From a virus (Duplodnaviria > Heunggongvirae > Uroviricota > Caudoviricetes), in IMG/VR virus record IMGVR_UViG_3300031993_006620: 18,277 nucleotides of DNA, one strand, 5' to 3'. The notes under the pieces are model-generated. The model made no database searches and was not told the DNA's origin. It was given only the letters and a program-made list of their open reading frames with translations. The translations under genes and the position numbers were made by a program. Shown here one piece after another: positions 15,838 to 18,277 of the stretch; within the stretch, counting starts at the first letter, position 1, and the number at the start of each line of letters is the position of its first letter.

Positions 15838-15853
15838 ACCGGAAATATAGCAA
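15833..15853 (-). promoter_or_regulatory. Leaderless promoter/start unit, 21-bp exact repeat copy 2
   Basis: Identical to 14079-14099. Confidence 0.85.
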
Positions 15854-15877
15854 GAATTCGACCAATGAACTACTTAA

Positions 15878-16138
15878 TTAACCTCGCCCGTACATTTCCA
15901 TCAGGCTCTTCCGTTTCTCGCTGGACTCCTTGTCCTCGATCCATTTCCCGCGCTCGTCCTGTACTAATACCTGTGCCAGTTCATACTCCAAGGGATGAAC
16001 CACCGTCCGCATGGTGCATGAAATCTTGCCGGACGACAGCCCGAGCGGGTCGTACGGGTCGTACTCGTTTGACGACGGTTCCGGCTTCTTTTCGGAACCC
16101 AGCAGAAAGTCGTATAATTCCGAATTCGGTGCAGGCAT
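15878..16138 (-). CDS. Small hypothetical protein (86 aa)
   Basis: Fills the gap in the leftward operon, 16 nt after the ferredoxin-fusion stop. Confidence 0.6.
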   Translation of the reverse strand: MPAPNSELYDFLLGSEKKPEPSSNEYDPYDPLGLSSGKISCTMRTVVHPLEYELAQVLVQDERGKWIEDKESSEKRKSLMEMYGRG

Positions 16139-16154
16139 GGCTACTACTGGACAA

Positions 16155-17018
16155 CTATTTCAGCATCTTTACCAGTTCGAGCTGTTCCGTCAAGAACTTC
16201 CGGAAAGCCTCGACAGTAACCTTGTAGTAGTTCGCCTTCGACGAGCGAGCCTTGACCGGTTCGCCCATAAGGTTCTTCACGTACATAGTGTAGGAGAAGC
16301 CGCCGTGGTCGAAATACAAGTCGAAGCTACAACGGCGGCTCTTTACGTACTTAATGCGCTGCTTCTCGGTCATAGGACGCCAGAGAACGCCGCAATAGTT
16401 CAGTACGGTGTCGAGGCCGAACGCCTTTTCGAGACTGCCCACACCTTTGCAAATCCGGCCCGGGAATATGCATTCTTTAGGGAACATCTCGTACACCATC
16501 TCGAGTGCCATCTCGAACGACATCGGCGGCTTGAACTCCGTGGAAGTGCTGAACTTGATGGCGTGCTGCGGACAGTTCTCGACGATTTCGCGAATTTCCT
16601 TGTCGAACTTCTCGTATCCGTTCTCGCGCATAACACGGACAAAGTCATAGCGAACTCCGGTATTGTTGTACTTGCCTATGTCCGGTTCGGAACGGAACAT
16701 AGCCTTGCACTTGTCGCTGCACATTCCACATTCCCCGCAAACCTTCTCGTTACGGACCTTGTGGTCGATCCAGACCTTGGTTATGGGCTTGTCGGGCGGT
16801 TCCCCCCGAGTGAACTTGATACATTCGCCCGGACAGGATACGACCGCCTCCACGATATCGCTGTCATAGGTGCCGTCAAACTTCTTCAGGATAACCTCGG
16901 CAACGTCGTCAACGCGGAACACTTCCTCGGCACAGCATTCGCACGCGCCGCACGAGCAACAGTTCTCTATAGGATTGTCGATCCATACTTTGTTAATGAT
17001 TGTGTTAATGTTACTCAT
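16155..17018 (-). CDS. Tandem ferredoxin-domain protein with unknown C-terminal domain
   Basis: Two repeats: KVWID...CCSCGACECC...CPGECIKF and KVWID...CGECGMCSDKC...CPQHAIKF, each with CxxCxxC plus a distal CP. Followed by ~140 unassigned residues. ATGA-coupled to the upstream gene. Confidence 0.85.
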   Translation of the reverse strand: MSNINTIINKVWIDNPIENCCSCGACECCAEEVFRVDDVAEVILKKFDGTYDSDIVEAVVSCPGECIKFTRGEPPDKPITKVWIDHKVRNEKVCGECGMCSDKCKAMFRSEPDIGKYNNTGVRYDFVRVMRENGYEKFDKEIREIVENCPQHAIKFSTSTEFKPPMSFEMALEMVYEMFPKECIFPGRICKGVGSLEKAFGLDTVLNYCGVLWRPMTEKQRIKYVKSRRCSFDLYFDHGGFSYTMYVKNLMGEPVKARSSKANYYKVTVEAFRKFLTEQLELVKMLK

Positions 17019-17476
17019 TTCTTCTCCTCGAACTCGTCCACCTCGTTCTTCTGGTTATCTATAAGCCGGTGGATGGCGTCGCAAAGCGTTCTTGTGTCTC
17101 CCCAGATGCAAGTGTTGGCGATGACTTTGTAGAACCATTTGAGGTCTCCCTTGGAAAGCTTGAGCTTCCGGTCGAGAGCCGCCTTGTGCTCCGCCTTGAG
17201 TTCCTTGATTTCCAGCCGGTGACGCTGTTCCATCTGACGTTGGATGATACTGATTGCCTGCTGTTCGATTCCGCTGCGTTTGCAACAGAACATATTCACG
17301 CTACGGGCGAACCCGTAGTTGACACCTGCCGGCACGTCCCGCTCGTCCATGAAGTAGGCATCTTCTGGACTATGCGGGTTGGTAACGCGACCTTTCCTAC
17401 GCTTGATAGTCACTTCAAGGTCGTTGTCGGTTTCTGGTACGAAGAAGTACGGCGAACAATCCAGCTCGTTTTTCAT
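17015..17476 (-). CDS. Hypothetical protein with coiled-coil segment (153 aa)
   Basis: Start revised to ATG 17476 (GGGGTG SD). Its stop overlaps the next start. Confidence 0.75.
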   Translation of the reverse strand: MKNELDCSPYFFVPETDNDLEVTIKRRKGRVTNPHSPEDAYFMDERDVPAGVNYGFARSVNMFCCKRSGIEQQAISIIQRQMEQRHRLEIKELKAEHKAALDRKLKLSKGDLKWFYKVIANTCIWGDTRTLCDAIHRLIDNQKNEVDEFEEKK

Positions 17477-17495
17477 CTGCACCCCGTCAGCTTGG

Positions 17496-18122
17496 CTATA
17501 GCTTGTACCAGCACCGGCGGAAGAACTCGCGGATGTCGTCGTCCGTGTACGAGTCCGCCCAGATAGTGCCCAGATAGCATCCAACCTGACTGCTGTCCTG
17601 CATGTCGAGGCACTTGCTGATAAGCTCATATCCGTTGAACTTCCCGACCGTCTTCGAGCGGATGATGGCGAGCCACTTGTCCAGGAACTCTTCGACGGTC
17701 AGCTCGCCGTTGTACCGTCCAGCGACGTACTCGTCCACCGTTAGATTGCAGGGGATGTAACTGGAATCCTTCTTGTAATCGATAGACGCCTCTTCGATAT
17801 TGTCGAAAAGCAACTCCAAGTCGTAGTCGCACCGGTCGCGGTCATGGTTGTCCTTTTCGTACCAGTACCGGCAGGCGTTCCAGAGGTCCCTCATCTTCTC
17901 CTCAGAGAACTCCTCGGGCTTCAGGGAAACCGGTTTGGGCTTCTCGGATTCCGCCTTCTGCTGTTGTTCCTTGTACCAGTCCTCGTACTTGCGCTCGAAA
18001 CGGGGCAGATAGCCGTCGGCGTCGACCTCGGCCACGAAGCTGTACATCATGGCCAGCTTGTAGGCGAGCTGCTCGGGGGACATATCCTTAAATTTGCTCG
18101 GATGGCAGTAAGAATCGCTCAT
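17496..18122 (-). CDS. Hypothetical acidic protein (208 aa)
   Basis: GAGGT SD. First gene of the leftward operon. Confidence 0.8.
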   Translation of the reverse strand: MSDSYCHPSKFKDMSPEQLAYKLAMMYSFVAEVDADGYLPRFERKYEDWYKEQQQKAESEKPKPVSLKPEEFSEEKMRDLWNACRYWYEKDNHDRDRCDYDLELLFDNIEEASIDYKKDSSYIPCNLTVDEYVAGRYNGELTVEEFLDKWLAIIRSKTVGKFNGYELISKCLDMQDSSQVGCYLGTIWADSYTDDDIREFFRRCWYKL

Positions 18123-18142
18123 TTTCTAACCTCGGTTAACGA

Positions 18143-18157
18143 AAATATAGTATATTT
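18143..18157. promoter_or_regulatory. Palindromic overlapping -10-like site at a divergent junction
   Basis: AAATATA-G-TATATTT, with perfect 7-bp arms, between ATG 18122 (-) and ATG 18179 (+). Confidence 0.55.
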
Positions 18158-18178
18158 GGATTTAACAGGCGAGAACCT

Positions 18179-18277
18179 ATGGCACTGACCTACGAACAGT
18201 ATAGCAAACTCTGCGACGCGGAGAAGTATTTCAAGCGGCTGTACGACGATACAGAGCGATACATCTATGTGGAAAAG
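18179..18277 (+). CDS. Partial hypothetical protein running off the window
   Basis: ATG 18179 opens MALTYEQYSKLCDAEKYFKRLYDDTERYIYVEK, with no stop before the window end. Confidence 0.6.
   Translation, partial: MALTYEQYSKLCDAEKYFKRLYDDTERYIYVEK

Noticed and set aside
16011-17132. 373-aa plus-strand ORF
   Set aside because: Antisense shadow of the ferredoxin fusion and its neighbours, which have clear motifs and coupled starts.
1-18277. Stop-codon recoding as in some jumbo phages
   Set aside because: Genes are long and tightly packed under the standard code, and TAG, TAA and TGA all end genes next to downstream starts.
1-18277. CRISPR array, rRNA, tRNA or integrase
   Set aside because: No regularly spaced repeats, RNA-gene signatures or recombinase motifs were seen.

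Overview
An 18.3-kb, densely coding, strand-switching accessory region that most likely comes from a large (jumbo-type) phage or phage-like element of an anaerobic host. This is inferred from the many short hypothetical genes and the absence of housekeeping or structural genes. Recognisable content: (1) a truncated TnpB transposon remnant with its hairpin-rich right end, abutting a 5'-truncated ATP-grasp gene; (2) a 458-aa beta-rich protein with a DUF5758-like C-terminus, sitting with its own promoter between 53-bp direct repeats; (3) an AT-rich glycan-modification island encoding a GT-A glycosyltransferase and a single-chain FrhB-like flavo/Fe-S domain fused to a polysaccharide pyruvyltransferase; (4) a radical SAM enzyme; (5) a tandem-ferredoxin fusion protein; (6) a Zn-ribbon protein. 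A (T/A)TGCTATAWW extended -10 motif marks the divergent junctions and several internal gene starts. Four genes have it exactly 6 nt before the ATG, implying leaderless mRNAs. A promoter-led, hairpin-rich 160-nt segment at 8715-8871 is a candidate non-coding RNA. All family calls come from motif recognition by eye, not database searches.
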